Shown here: in pieces, positions 1 through 13,660 of the stretch
Numbering within the stretch: position 1 is the stretch's first letter
Layout of the letters: each line of letters opens with the position of its first letter
NCBI RefSeq assembly: GCF_006345805.1
Contig: NC_043004.1
Coordinates: forward strand, 49,290,001-49,354,000
Length of the DNA: 64,000 bases
Direction of reading: 5' to 3'
Origin: Octopus sinensis
Lineage: Eukaryota
The notes under the pieces: generated by a model
The model's database searches: none
What the model was told of the DNA's origin: nothing
The model's input: the letters and a program-made list of their open reading frames with translations, nothing else
Position numbers and translations under genes: made by a program

Positions 1-255
1 AATGTTAGCACGCCGGGCGAAATGCGTAGCCGTATTTCGTCTGCCGCTACGTTCTGAGTTCAAATTCCGCCGAGGTCGACTTTGCCTTTCATCCTTTCCG
101 GGTCGATTAAATAAGTACCAGTTACGCACTGGGGTCGATATAATCGACTTAATCTGTTTGTCTGTCCTTGTTTGTTCCCTCTGTGTTTAGCCCCTTGTGG
201 GTAGTAAAGAAATAAGTATTTCGTCTGCCGCTACGTTCCAATCTGCCGCTACGTT
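1..255 (+). mobile_element. tRNA-derived SINE, family A (cut by window start; monomer plus start of second unit)
   Basis: Matches other copies in the window (5190, 16671, 35679, 50804); B-box-like GAGTTCAAATTCC and tail TTAGCCCCTTGTGGGTAGTAAAGAAAT. Confidence 0.85.
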
Positions 256-452
256 CCATTTTGGGATTTCCTGGTATCTGAGCTAGGTAACAATCAGCCT
301 CCTTTGCTATCATTCCCATGGCACCTATGACAACAGATATTGTTTTAGTTTTGAGGTTTCACATTTTGCCAATTTCTATTTCAAGATCTTTATACTTGCT
401 CAGTTTTTGGTAGATCTTGACAGATACATTTATGTAGATTGGAACAGTCATA
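256..452 (-). mobile_element. RLE-type non-LTR retrotransposon fragment (endonuclease C-terminus)
   Basis: Near-identical to 6458-6650, which encodes D..VP.D...K..K..KY..L.IEI..MW...T..I.VVIGALG. Confidence 0.8.
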
Positions 453-487
453 GACTGTACTGTGGAGAGGGTACAACATATACTCAC

Positions 488-1284
488 TGTCACGTTACAA
501 CACCCTCCGCAGTTTGCATCACTACGTGTCGGTCAATTCGGCAGGGATATTGTATAATTAGAACAAGAGAAATAACTGGAACGATAAACAACAATACTTT
601 ATTCCACACGGCTTGTCTCGTTGATGGTGTTACGGCAGTCATAAGTCAAGCAAAGATCCAGACTGGGTGTCTGGCATCTGGAATGCTGTCAAACGTTCAC
701 TGCCCTCTAGTCCCAGATGTCGGATAATTTGATCGGTCGGACTTGCGCTTGTGGCGTGGGGAGTGACGACGTTCTCGTGGAAATCTCCCCATTCTTTAAG
801 TAGACGAGAACTAGCTGGCTAGTTTGTTCTGAAGGATTTTCTCCATGAAGATTACGAGTACCTTAAAAAGATATCTGGCATGGCAATGCTAACGCGCGTG
901 CGGATAGCGGTGATGAAACTGCCGGTCCAAGTTCGAGATAAACACCACAGGCAAGGAAGTGCTCCCAGTAATAATGCTTGTCCGGGGTTGCACACAAAAT
1001 TACGAAACAGCGTTCGTTTAGTAACCAAGGATTGATGACTTACGGAGCCATGTCGAACCGTTGGTGTCCATTTCAAGACGGACCAGGAGGTGGGCTGAGT
1101 CTATCGTGGAAATCATTTCGCCATCTTCCATTGGCCGAAAATATAATCAGGTTTCCTCTGTCTGATGGCATTGGCGAAAGAGGCTGAACCGTGGGCACGA
1201 TGATAAGAGATTACTTTCTTGCCAGCTTCCTAAACCGACTGTGTATTTATAGTAAGGAATCATTATAGCACATTATAGATATAT
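488..1284 (-). mobile_element. Possible LTR-like segment
   Basis: Minus strand has TATAAATA near 1250, AATAAA near 600 and ends ...GTAACGTGACA at 488; no partner LTR or TSD seen. Confidence 0.25.
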
Positions 1285-1493
1285 TACTCTTTACTCTTTT
1301 ACTTGTTTCAGTCATTTGACTGCGGCCATGCTGGAGCACCGCCTTTTAATCGAGCAACTCGACCCCGGGACTTATTCTTTTGTAAGCCCAGTACTTATTC
1401 TATCGGTTTCTTTTGCCGAACCGCTAAGTAACGGGGACATAAACACACCAGCATCGGTTGTCAAGCAATGCTAGGGGGACAAACACAGACACA

Positions 1494-1539
<46 letters not shown>

Positions 1540-1705
1540 CATATATACGACGGGCTTCTTTCAGTTTCCGTCTACCAAATCCACTCACAAGGCTTTGGTC
1601 GGCCCGAGGCTATAGTAGAAGAAACTTGCCCAAAGTGCCACGCAGTGGGACTGAACCCAGAACCATGTGGCTGGTAAGCAAACTACTTACCACACAGCCA
1701 CTCCT
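1285..1705 (-). mobile_element. tRNA-derived SINE, family B (internal (TA)n(TG)n, tail (AAAAGAGT)n)
   Basis: Head AGGAGTGGCTGTGTGGTAAG...GGTTCAGTCCC (A/B-box-like); about 10 copies in the window. Confidence 0.9.
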
Positions 1706-2115
1706 ATGAAAAAAAACATGATTTGATAACACAATCATCGTATATAGAAATACAATAAATAACAAACAAAAACACACTCGATTAATTGTAGACACTATTA
1801 ATAGCAAAAGATGAGAAAAATCAACGTATCTGAAATGTTTGTAATTCGGCAGTGACCAATTCGTCAGACCCCTTAACCAGTTGCTACCTACAACTAAATG
1901 CTGCAACAACGAGTCACTTCCATCAGTATATTCAGAAAATGAATGCAAGAATAATAGGAAAAATAGGAAAAATATTTAACAAAAATATGCACACACATAC
2001 CCACAGTGACACATATACACACAGATATACACACATACATACCCACAGACACACACACATACACAAAATATCAAAATCATCTGTGACATCTGATGATTAA
2101 GATATTGATTCAAAT

Positions 2116-2316
2116 TTTGGCACAAGGCCAGCAATTTCAGGGAAGGGGTAAGTCGATTACACCGACCCCAGTGCTCAACTGGTCCTTATTTTATCGACTC
2201 AGAAAGGACGAAAGGCATAGTCGACTTTGGCGGTATTTGAACTCAGAACGCAAAAAGGGACGAAATAGTTTGACGCATTTCGTCCACCGTGCCAACGATT
2301 CTGCCTGCTCGCCGCC
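2116..2316 (-). mobile_element. SINE family A, short-tail variant
   Basis: Reverse complement of the A head and core with GGCCTTGTGCC tail. Confidence 0.75.
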
Positions 2317-2710
2317 TTTCTAATGATAAAATATTCGAAAGAAACACGACTAGCCTTGTAAGTGCCTTTACCTCAATGAACAAATAACTCCACATTATTT
2401 GTATGATGATTCTTTCTCGTTTTTTGACGGATATCTGCATTGATGTGTATGTTCTCTTCCCCTTTTTTTAATTTTGAGTTAATTTTGACCGGTCGTCTGC
2501 TTGGTAGCAAGATTGTGGAGGAAAGCATCTTGTTTTGTTTATTATCCTTTAAATCTTAAGAAAGCTTTGCGGATTTTTATTGTTCCAGGCATTGAGATCA
2601 TTCGTAGAGCATGAATCAAGGAGCTGCATTCCCTCCATCAGTACCCAAATTCTTGGCACATATCCTGTTGCTTCAGTAGTAATAGGTATTTGAAAACTCC
2701 TTATCAATGC

Positions 2711-3200
<490 letters not shown>

Positions 3201-3289
3201 AACAAATAAATGAATAATAAAAGAACGCATTGGTGTTTCATATTACAGTCATTCTTTGGGTACAAAAGCCGATTCGAGTGAAGAGTTAT

Positions 3290-3445
3290 TGTTTGCAGAG
3301 ATATATCCGGGTTTAGTCTGCTTATCTGGAAATTGGTGGAGTTATTCGTCCAGGGAACGTTTGAATGTTATGAGATCTTTTTCTTCTCTTGTGTACCTTG
3401 GCATGATGTTAAAGAGACCAGGGTCCGTTGAAGTTCTAATTTAGT
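3290..3445 (-). mobile_element. CR1/L2-like LINE ORF2 C-terminal relic
   Basis: Minus frame reads PGLFNIMPRYTREEKDLITFKRSLDE*LHQFPDKQ, resembling the GPxLFNxLP...FKxxLDxxLxxxPD end of CR1/L2-group ORF2. Confidence 0.45.
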
Positions 3446-3454
3446 GTTGTGATG

Positions 3455-3459
3455 TGATA

Positions 3460-3535
<76 letters not shown>

Positions 3536-3914
3536 CTATATATATATGTATGTATGTATGTATATATATATATATATATTCTTTTCTTCTTTTAACGGTT
3601 TCAGTCATAGGACTGCGGCCGTGCTGGAGTACCGTATTGAATGTATGTGTGTGTGTGTAATACCTAAAACAGAAAACAAAAAAGCATATAACATGAATCA
3701 AGGCACACATTTACATATATGTATATCACTGTGTGTGTGTGTGTGTGTGCACAGAGCGTGTATGTGTATATTAATATAGATAGACACACACATACATACA
3801 CGCGAACACATACACACACACACACACACACTCACACACATATACTCACACACACACACACATAAAGATAGATATATGCATTTATGTGCTTGTGCGCATC
3901 TATACGTGTGTGTA

Positions 3915-3983
<69 letters not shown>

Positions 3984-4737
3984 ATACACACACACAAGAG
4001 GGAGAGCAGGAGAGTGGGAGTGAGAGAGAGAGACAGAGAGAGAAAGAGAGATAGCTTCCTAAGCCTTGCTTGACTCATTAAATCGCACTCCCGCTCTCTC
4101 TTTTTCCCTCTCTTTCTCCAAGTCTCCCTCCCCCCAATCTCTCTCTCTCTCTCTCTCTCTATTCACAAAAACCATTGGTATGAGTCATCGGTAAACTCTA
4201 ACAAGTGTTATGGGCTAGAGTGGTAGGTGGAGGGGGAGGAAAGTGGGGACAGAAACCACTCTCTCCTGCCCTTCGCTGTGTACTGAGATGCAGTAGATTG
4301 TGTTGAGCCGCTGGTAGTACTGGTGGTAGTAACGTGTGTGTGTGTGGAGGGAGTGTTCGTGTGTGTGTGTGTGTGTGTGTGGATGGAGTGTTCGTGTGTG
4401 TGTGTGTGTGTGTGTGTGGATGGAGTGTTCGTGTGTGTGTGTGTGTGTGTGGAGGGAGTGTTCATGTGTGTGTGTGTGTGTGTGTGGTGTTTGCGTATGT
4501 CTGTATGTGTGTGAATATGGGTGTCTGTGTACATCTGAGTGTGTGCTGTATTTGTGTGCCTGCCTCTGTGTGTGTGTAGTGTGTGTGTGTGTGTGAATAT
4601 GGGTGTCTGTGTACATCTGAGTGTGTGGTGTATTTGTGTGCCTGCCTCTGTGTGTGTGAGTGTGTGTGTGTGTGAATATGGGTGTCTGTGTACATCTGAG
4701 TGTGTGCTGTATTTCAGCGCCTGCCTTTATGTGTGTG

Positions 4738-4777
<40 letters not shown>

Positions 4778-5000
4778 GTGATGCACTCGCGAATGAGTAT
4801 ATTTGTGTGGGTATGTGTGCGCGTGTGCACGTCTATATGAGTGTGTACGATTGAGTGTAGTGGGGTGTACGTCCGTGTATATGCACTTCTGTGTGTGTGC
4901 GTGTGTGGTATATATGTGTGCGTATGCCTATTCGCGCATGAATGTGTGTTTGTCTATCTGTGTGTGCGTGTGTGCGCGTGTGTGCAAGCGTGCGTCAGCA
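3455..5000. repeat. Compound microsatellite field (CT, TA, TATG, CA, GA, GT) with higher-order units
   Basis: Direct inspection. Confidence 0.95.
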
Positions 5001-5189
5001 AATCATGTGCTTAAGTAATGGAATATCGATTTCAGATATGGAGGCATTGGATGTTGTTTGTAAAAGACAGAAGAGGAGGCTTGTGAGGAATATATGACTT
5101 TCACGAATGATCCGATCATATGAAGTGACCAAAAGAAAATGAAGTGAGCTACAACCGAGAATTGAAACTGTTTTATTATGGAGAAGGCC

Positions 5190-5452
5190 GGCGAGCTGGC
5201 AGAAACGTTAGCACGCCGGGTGAAATGCTTAGCGGTATTTCGTCTGCCGTTACGTTCTGAGTTCAAATTCCGCCGAGGTCGACTTTGCCTTTCAGCCTTT
5301 CGGGGGTCGATTAAATAAGTACCACTTACGCACTGGGGTCGATGTAATCGACTTAATCCGTTTGTCTGTCCTTGTTTGTCCCCTCTGTGTTTAGCCCCTT
5401 GTGGGTAGTAAAGAAATAGGTATTTCTTCTGCCGTTACGTTCTGAGTTCAAA
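5190..5452 (+). mobile_element. SINE family A (monomer plus partial second unit)
   Basis: GGCGAGCTGGCAGAAACGTTAG head; internal TATTTC...GAGTTCAAA re-starts after the tail. Confidence 0.9.
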
Positions 5453-5454
5453 GG

Positions 5455-5627
5455 ATATGGAAGAGCTAAGAGTTGCAAATGTTACAAAATCTCCTGCCCT
5501 TATCAAAAGGAAAGGATACAGACAGTATGTACCAATCTAACTTGAAATCTATATTATAGTCTTTAAGACGCCAAACTAATTTACTTAGCCCTGTACTATG
5601 TCGTTTTTTACTATCCCTGAATGTTGG
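5455..5627 (-). pseudogene. Penelope-like element (PLE) GIY-YIG endonuclease C-terminal relic
   Basis: TFRDSKKRHSTGLSKLVWRLKDYNIDFKLDWYILSVSFPFDKGRRFCNICNS matches the PLE pattern HST.LSK..W.LK......I.W.I......Y..G...CNLC. Confidence 0.75.
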
Positions 5628-5853
5628 TCTTCGAAACATATGTCGAGAGTAAAGGAATTTTGTTAACATCTTCGTTCGACTCCATTCTTTCATTTATTCA
5701 TATACAACACACAATTTTCTGCAAATAAACCCGGAGTTTCTACCCTTGGACAGGTCGCTTCAACCGTGTTTCTGACGCGAATTTGCTACCCTGGTATCGG
5801 TTCAACGAATTTTCCATGCTGACGATAAACATAGGATAATTCATTCACCTATT
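5628..5853 (+). mobile_element. Putative PLE pseudo-LTR segment, inverted relative to the GIY-YIG relic; starts with the 3' half of an HHR (GAAAC-ATAT-GTC)
   Basis: Homologous to the reverse complement of 27434-27642; abuts a (TA)n tract. Confidence 0.6.
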
Positions 5854-5923
<70 letters not shown>

Positions 5924-5968
5924 TTGTTAGTCTTGTTTGCATGCAAAACCCTCACAACAACACACTCA

Positions 5969-6031
<63 letters not shown>

Positions 6032-6099
6032 CCTTTGTTTTGTCTTCTGCTGTCTATAATATTTTTCTTAATGTAAAACCTTGTGGTTAATAAAGAAAT

Positions 6100-6800
6100 C
6101 ATTATTATTATTATTATTGTTGTTGTTGTTGTTATATGTTTGGCTTTTGCTTTGTATTTGTATAAGTTGGCTCCAAGTCTCACCCAGAAACCTCAAGAGA
6201 CAACAAGTTAGAAGTTCAAGTTGATGCTGTGGCTAGGGTACCATATATTTAGTTTTGTACAGAGTATTGTTCTTGAGAATGTCAAAACATAAGTAAATTA
6301 GAAGTTTGTTTTTAAAGTAATTTGATTAAAAGAAGATAGTCTGATGTTAAGATGACAGAAATGGTGTTTGCTGATATGTTCATTTAAAAGTATTTTGACA
6401 CTTTACACTTGAATATATTTTTCGATTACAATATTTTACGTAGGACATGGGCAGTTTCCATTTTGGGATTTCCTGGTATCAGAGCTAGGTAACAATCAGC
6501 CTCTTTTGCTATCATTCCTAGGGCACCTATGACAACAGATATTGTTTTAGTTTTGAGGTTCCACATTTTGCCAATTTCTATTTCAAGATCTTTATATTTG
6601 CTCAGTTTTTGGTAGATCTTAACAGATACATTTATGTCGATTGGGACAGTCATATCCACGAGGATATGACTGTAGTCCTTCAGTATAACGTCTGGCCTAT
6701 TTGCATCTATCTTTCTGTTACTTCGAACGGTGAAGTTCCAAAGGTGTGAGGTGTGCTCATTTTCAAGCACTGGTGGTGGTTTGTGTTCCCACCAGTTTTT
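6100..6800 (-). mobile_element. RLE-type (R4/Dong/Hero-like) LINE 3' end with 3'UTR and (AAC/AAT)n tail
   Basis: ORF 6426-6770: LWNFTVRSNRKIDANRPDVILKD...LVDMTVPID...KLSKYKDL (PD-D-K restriction-like endonuclease). Confidence 0.85.
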
Positions 6801-6899
6801 ATGATGGAGCAGGTCTTTACAAATAACCCAGTGAATATGTGTGTGTGTGTGTGGTGTGTGTGTGTGTGTGTGTATAAATTACCCAATGTTTAGATTTTA

Positions 6900-7151
6900 A
6901 ACATTGAGTCTTTGTTCAATGACTTCACAAGGGTTTTCAGATCCTGGAGGCAAGGATACTTTTGACCTTTTGAGCTTGCGACTATGCTTCATCGGGTGCA
7001 AATTCATTTGACTATACCCTTCCCTGGAAAACACAGAAGCAGGCAGCCGCATGGTTTTGTGTTTACGGCTGAAAATAACGATGGTTCTACCTTTCAGGCT
7101 CATAGCCAAACAAAATCGTGCCCGTAAAAGCGTTCAAGTGAGTTTAAAGGG
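6900..7151 (-). mobile_element. piggyBac-like terminal fragment
   Basis: TTAA followed by CCCTTT terminus on the minus strand (7149-7155). Confidence 0.35.
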
Positions 7152-7530
7152 TTAATAGGTATAACTAATTAGAAGAAAAATTTGCCCGGAGGTGTGGATC
7201 GACTGTCCTACTCACGATTGCCCTACTGACGATTAGGCAGGGATATCATATATCTGAAACACTAGATCTATGTATCAACCTACAAAAATTACTATCGCCA
7301 TTGCCAACACCACCTACAACCATTATAACAGTCACAACGTGAGATCCTCTACGTGGTCACTCGGTCTGCTAGAAATAACAACCAAATCTTCCTTAAACTG
7401 CACACTATTGCCTTTAAAATGAAGGACGCATTAGATAATGGTGTTCTAAATACACAACGTCTGAACAGAAAAACGGGACGATCACATCTAGAACACCGTC
7501 GATCGTAGATCAATCATAGATCTTCTAGAT

Positions 7531-7740
7531 TAGGGGTTCTCAAACATTTTTTTTTTATCTATAGACCCCTTTGACTACTATTTTATTCCGGTGGACCCTC
7601 ATAGTCATTCGATGTTTAAAAACTAATTTTACAGATATTTCTTTCAAAATTCCTATTTTGTTTTTCACCCATTAGCGTGTGTAGTTTGAATTAGGTAAAA
7701 TGTTAGAGAAAGAAACAAAGCTGTTCCTTGCAATACATAC
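7531..7740 (+). mobile_element. hAT-like MITE left end (related right ends at ~8960-9055 and ~10020-10130)
   Basis: (C/T)AGGGGTTCTCAAAC terminus; GTTGAGAAACACTG-type ends elsewhere. Confidence 0.45.
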
Positions 7741-7769
7741 CGATATATATGTAACGGGAGAAATTGATT

Positions 7770-7965
7770 TACTCTTTTACTGCTTTCAGTTATGCGACTG
7801 TGGCCATGCTGGAGCACCGCCTTCAGTCGAGCAAATCGAGCCCAGGACTTAGTCTTTGTAAGCCTAGTACTTATTCTATCGGTATCTTTTGCCGAACCGC
7901 TAAATTACGGGAACGTAAACACACCAGCATCGGTTGTCAAGCGATGTTGGGGGGACAAACACTCA

Positions 7966-8026
<61 letters not shown>

Positions 8027-8242
8027 GTATATATATATATATATATATACATATATACATGTATGTATATATGTATATATACGACGAGCTTCTTTCAGTT
8101 TCCGTCTACCAAATCCACACACAAGGCGTTGGTCGGCCTGAGGCTATAGTAGTAAACACTTGCTCAATGTGTCACGCAGTGAGATGAACCCGGAACCATG
8201 TGGTTGGTAAGCAAGCTACTTACCACACAGCCACTCCTACGC
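7770..8242 (-). mobile_element. SINE family B, full length
   Basis: Head, internal microsatellite and tail all present. Confidence 0.9.
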
Positions 8243-8441
8243 ATGTAAACAATATTATGAAATGTTGGAATCAGCAGTTGTAACGATAAAAATTAGTTGT
8301 TATGACGGCAAGTTGTTTTCTGTGAAAGATGAACAATGCATGAAGTTTTAAGGAAATATTTATTTACCGTTACGTTACAACACCTTGCCTCGACGGGCAG
8401 GTTTTGATAAATCCAAAAGCATGCGAAGTAAAGTTTGTGTT

Positions 8442-8940
8442 TGTGTCCTCTTCATTGTTTAGTTGTAAATACAGAGAGATATAGAATGATGTTATAACAG
8501 AAGAGAATTAGAGCTAGTGAGAGTTGTAAGGTGTGGGACGTTGCCTCACAGTTACTGACAGTAAACTTCATTTCTCCCTCTGACCAAGGTTGGTCAGCCA
8601 GACTTCGTTCTCATTGAGTCGTTACCGACTGTGACTAACTGATTTTAGCTTGGGGTGTGCTTGCTTTTATAACTATCCAGAAGAATAGATATATCATTGA
8701 GAACAATGGATTTAGTTGGTGGTCTTGTTATCTCTATTCAAGTTTTTGGTGAAGTAGGAGAGGTTAGAAAGGGACAAGTGGTGAAGACATTATTTCGGCC
8801 TAGTTAGAGGCATCTGGAAAATGTAAAACTGCTGTCAGAGAAAAACCATTGCTCCACCGTTGGAAAAGTTCTGTTGCAGTGTTAATTTAAATTTGGCTAT
8901 GGTGGATCGAATCCACTTCATGCATGCAAGATCCACTACA
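8442..8940 (-). mobile_element. Solo-LTR-like repeat, copy 1
   Basis: Clearly homologous to 41945-42460; minus strand starts TGTAGTGG, contains TATAAAAG and ends ...GGACACA; no TSD resolved. Confidence 0.45.
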
Positions 8941-9084
8941 CATACATTTAAAACATAATTTTTTCTAGGGTCTTTAAAATACTATTGTGGATCCTCAAAA
9001 ACCTTATATGGACCTTCAGGTCCCATATGGACCCCGTTTAAGAACTATTGTTCTAGATCAAAGCTGATATTATGCTAAACAATA

Positions 9085-9321
9085 ACCACCACCACCACCA
9101 CCATGACCAATACTCCTGCCATCACCACCACCATCACCACATCTACCACGACCAAGATCTCCCCATCACCACCACCACTTCCACTAGCACGATCTCCACC
9201 AATATCACTATCATCACCATCACCAGTAACAACTCTATTACTACTACTACTACTACTACAACTGCTGCTGCTGCTGCTGCTGTTGTTCTTGCTGCCGCCG
9301 CCGCCGCTGCTGCTGCTGCTG

Positions 9322-9420
<99 letters not shown>
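9085..9420. repeat. Compound trinucleotide repeat (CAC, ACT, GCT, GCC)
   Basis: Direct inspection. Confidence 0.95.
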
Positions 9421-9526
9421 ATTCCTTAATTACCGTAAAGCTGTTCAGCTATAAGTAGTAGGATTAAATCCTGATCTAACTAAAGGGCCACAGATAATCC
9501 TTTGAAGCTGACTAACGAGTATTCAA

Positions 9527-9568
<42 letters not shown>

Positions 9569-11032
9569 ACACACACACACGGACACATATAAAAAGACAC
9601 ATTTGACGCTCACCAACAGGTGAAGTGATTGGTTTCACCAATTGCTGTAAATGACTGTTGACTAGTTGAACGGAGTGTAGTGAGTGGGTGACCTTTTTTT
9701 GTTGTTGTTGTTATTACAAAGTCAGAAAGGTGAGCAGGGGTTGGTTGGCGGGGGCAGCATTGATGACCGTTGAAAGTGGGTCGAGAAACTGATGGGTTTT
9801 AATATTCACTTAGCACTTTTTCTTGTTAATAACTGCCGGGTGAACGTTATTTGGTCCATTGGCTGGGATCCTTTAGCGAGGTCCTCTTGGTTGCAAGCAT
9901 TCCAGCCAAATCTCCAGTTGGTGATACCTTCCTGCTCCTTTCTTTCCATTAGTCTTGGAGACCCTCTAATTCTGTGTTTATAATTAAATATTATAAGAAA
10001 TTATATATGAAAAAAGATAAAATATTTTGTGCAATGCTCATGCAGAGCCAATTTATTGCACATAGATTTTAACAACAAAATCTTGCATGGAACCCCAAGG
10101 GTCATATGTACCCTAGTTGAGAAACACTGCCGTAAACGGTCCTGTATACTACCTTCTTTAATATACTTGCTTTAATATGATTAAAAAAAATTACAGGAGG
10201 GAAGGATAGAGCTACTGATCAATAGAGGAAAGATTGGACAAAGCATTTTAGTGCTCGATTAGAAATGTACGAGATTTCGTGTGTTACGAGATTTGAGGTG
10301 TGAGATAAAGGGTGGGCAACGAGAAGATTTGAGGTATGAGACACAAGAATGGTGTTTCATGTCGAGGGGAAGTTGCTAAGTAGTTTTGAAGAGCAAAGGT
10401 CATTGTAATATCAGAAGAAAAAGAAAATTCTGTGTACCAAATGTTCTCATGAGTTGATGAGTGATTCATTGTCAGTTAGCTGAATGATCTTCTTTTGGAG
10501 GTGGGATTAGGATGTTTGTCTGTGTAGCAGCAGCAGCAGTGTCCCATATGTGCGAACAACACTCGATGTGAGTCTCACTTGAGCATAGTAACTGATCGCA
10601 ATTCATCCATTTTCGAGCTCTGAAGAGAAAACCTAGTCATCAGGCTCATTTTAAGAATGCTATATATATTTATACATACATACATACATACATACATACA
10701 TACATACATACATACATACATACATACATACATAAAGACAGACAGACATATACATACATATACATGCATACATACATACGTACATACATAAGTTCAGGTA
10801 TATATGCTCATGTCTAGGCATGCAACTACACGCATGAAATTGCATACATAAAACAAAACATACAAACCTGCACGTGCATTGGCTGCACATATACACCCAT
10901 ACTTGCAAAAATATCCCGTTGAAGTTGTTGAAATTCCAATGTACCAGATCTTGCTCTATTGGCAAGAAATTTTGAAATTAACTGAATAATGACATACATA
11001 CGTACACACATCTGGTGAGGGTCACTGTAGAG

Positions 11033-11233
11033 CAGTGGTTTTCAACCAGGGTTCCGCCAGTACAGTCCAGGGGTTCCGCAAGAAGTTACAAAAATGCTAA
11101 AATCGATAGTAATTTTTAATTTTCCTGTGCAGATATGTGTGCATAAGACAATTAAATTATTGCACAGGGGTTCCTCGAGCCAGTGAAATGTTTTCTTGGG
11201 GTTCCGCTCCAGCAAAAAGTTTGAAAAGCACTG
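11033..11233. mobile_element. Complete hAT-family MITE
   Basis: TIRs CAGTGGTTTTCAA / TTGAAAAGCACTG; exact 8-bp TSD CTGTAGAG at 11025-11032 and 11234-11241. Confidence 0.9.
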
Positions 11234-13289
11234 CTGTAGAGGATCATTAAGATTCTGGTGTCTAGCATTTGTAGTGACTTTGATGAAAGTCCTACTTGTG
11301 TGTTCCTGTCATATGAGGGTGAAGTACAATACAATCTTTCATATGTGTAGCGAATGTGTTTTAGTGCCTTTAACGGTAACTAGATTGTCATGTCTCCATC
11401 AGAGTATATATTTTAGGTTTCTAATCACTGAGGAATCTACCGGAACAATCAAGACCGAACTTTTTGAGAAGTAAAAACAACAGTAATAATAAAAATGATG
11501 ATGATGATGTCTATGGACTCTCATGACGAAAACAATGTATGAGCGTTCAGCACAAAGCCTGAAATTTTTGGAGGGAGGAAGCAGTCGATTATTGAACCTA
11601 GAGTTCAACTAATACTTATTTCATCGACCTCAAATGGTGACATCGGAGACAGCAATGGCTTCCAGTTGCCGGTGGCGGTTTCCACCAGGGTAACTGAATA
11701 TGGCATCATCTCTAATTTATGAAGGATTTACTCAATACCAGCCAAACTTCACTGCAAATTATTGACGGGCGCTAAGTTATACTGACACTGTTTTCGTTGT
11801 CAGTTTTAATAACTACGGCGATATTTGTATTTCTTCTGGATACAATAGCTACGATGCTAGTAAACCAAACAGATGGATGTCTTTTATAGTTTGTTCCTAA
11901 ACAAGTGAAGTATTGCGATATGCGATACTTGACGCAATGTATGGAAAGACGTTAGAGTAAGAAACAATGTTTTCTTAAATGAAAAACACTTCTAATTTAT
12001 CTGTTGCTTGTACTAATATCAGATATGTTGATACACTCATATATATATATATTTAACTTGTGTTACAGCCCTGTCTGTCAACAATGTGTAATACTACTGG
12101 CTTCATATAGGTTAAGTTAACAGAGAAAAAATGTAAATGCGCAATACCTGTTTGAAAGGGAGTTAGCTTAATTATAGCAGTTCTTAAATTGGGGAGTGGG
12201 GTCGCATAAAGATTATTTGGCATTATGGAACTGTCATAGAGGAATCTAAAATTTATATTTGCTTTGTTTATAAAGGTATTTTATCAGCACAAAGAAAAAA
12301 AAATACATGCAATAAAGTTTGCCTAGTGGAAAAAAAAAAGATATTGAACAGAACAAGTCGACGGACTATCTTTATTTTTTTCTTTTTCAGTTTTCATTCC
12401 ATACTTTTATTTTTATACCGTGAGTGATAGCTGACATCTCTAACATATATTGTTAAAAAAACTTTGTTGGTTGTGCAACCGAATATTTACAGACAATTTT
12501 AAAATACTTTAGTAAGTATAGTATAATTTATGATGATTTACCTGTGTGAATAGTATTAATGCGACGTTAGTTTTCGACCTTGATTTTAAAATTTCGCTCC
12601 AGAAATATAGATAAGCTGTGAACCGTGACGCTATCGTAAGGTATTTGTTGAGATTATTTAATTTTGACCTCTATAATTTTACTCATTCAATCAACAAATA
12701 ATTATGCAGTTCTGTCTATTTTCCAGAATAGCATTATGCTGAAATAAATAAATTCATGAAATTAATAAATGTGATAAAACAATATTTTTAAATGCTTAAT
12801 TTTATATTTATTATACAATTTAAAACTTATAAATAAATTCATCTTGGCTAAGTTTTTTTCTTCTTTCACCGTTATTTACCAAAACAATGCAGAAGTTCCA
12901 GCACAACCTGGCGGCCGTAATATGAACTGGAAAATGAATGAAGCTTGAAGCCGAGCAGTTCCATTTAAAGCAGACGATATGCGATAAATCTTTCTTTTTT
13001 TCTTTTGTTTTTGCGTTATTGATTTATTTTTTCTCATTGGTATGGACGGTGTTCTTAGGAAGAGCATCGTCTAGTCTGCTAAATTTGTAATGAATATTTG
13101 ATGAGTATAAGTATGAAGCTTGCTAAATTAAAAAAAAAAACATGTTGATACTAGACATACTTCCTATGCAGGGCAAATCTTTACTATTGTTTTACAAGAG
13201 GTTCCTGAAATCTTTGAAAGTAGGAACACTGTTTTCTGAAAGACATACACTGGTTAAAATATACTTACAACTTGTGCTTTATTGCAAAA

Positions 13290-13660
13290 TGTAAGAAACC
13301 ATACATGATTTGCGAATATTTAACATGTTTCTCGAACTTGGTTGTTAGTGTTCCGAGTGCTCCTGCAAATACTGGAATGACAGTCCACATTCTTGCAATT
13401 TCATCTTTTAGTAGTCTGTACTTTTCAATCTTTTCTAGTTTGTCACTTATCTGCGCATCTCCAGGTATTGCAATATCTATGATCTTGATCTCCTTTCTTC
13501 CTTTGTCTACCACAACAATATCTGGTTTCCGAGCTTCGATTAAGGAGTCACATTGGATTGAAAAACCCCACAGTATTTTATGTTCCTGCAAGAAGAACCA
13601 CGGGGGATTTTCAGCGACAGATCTTTGCGGACGAAATATAGTGTACAACTTATTAAAAGA
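13290..13660 (-). mobile_element. RLE-type LINE endonuclease relic
   Basis: KILWGFSIQCDSLIEARKPDIVVVDK...IIDIAIPGD...EKIEKY..LKDEIARMW..IPVFAGALG. Confidence 0.9.

Noticed and set aside
5003-5189. Possible exon or CR1/L2 fragment (VMEYRFQIW...)
   Set aside because: Similarity to the LEYCxQxW motif is too weak to call
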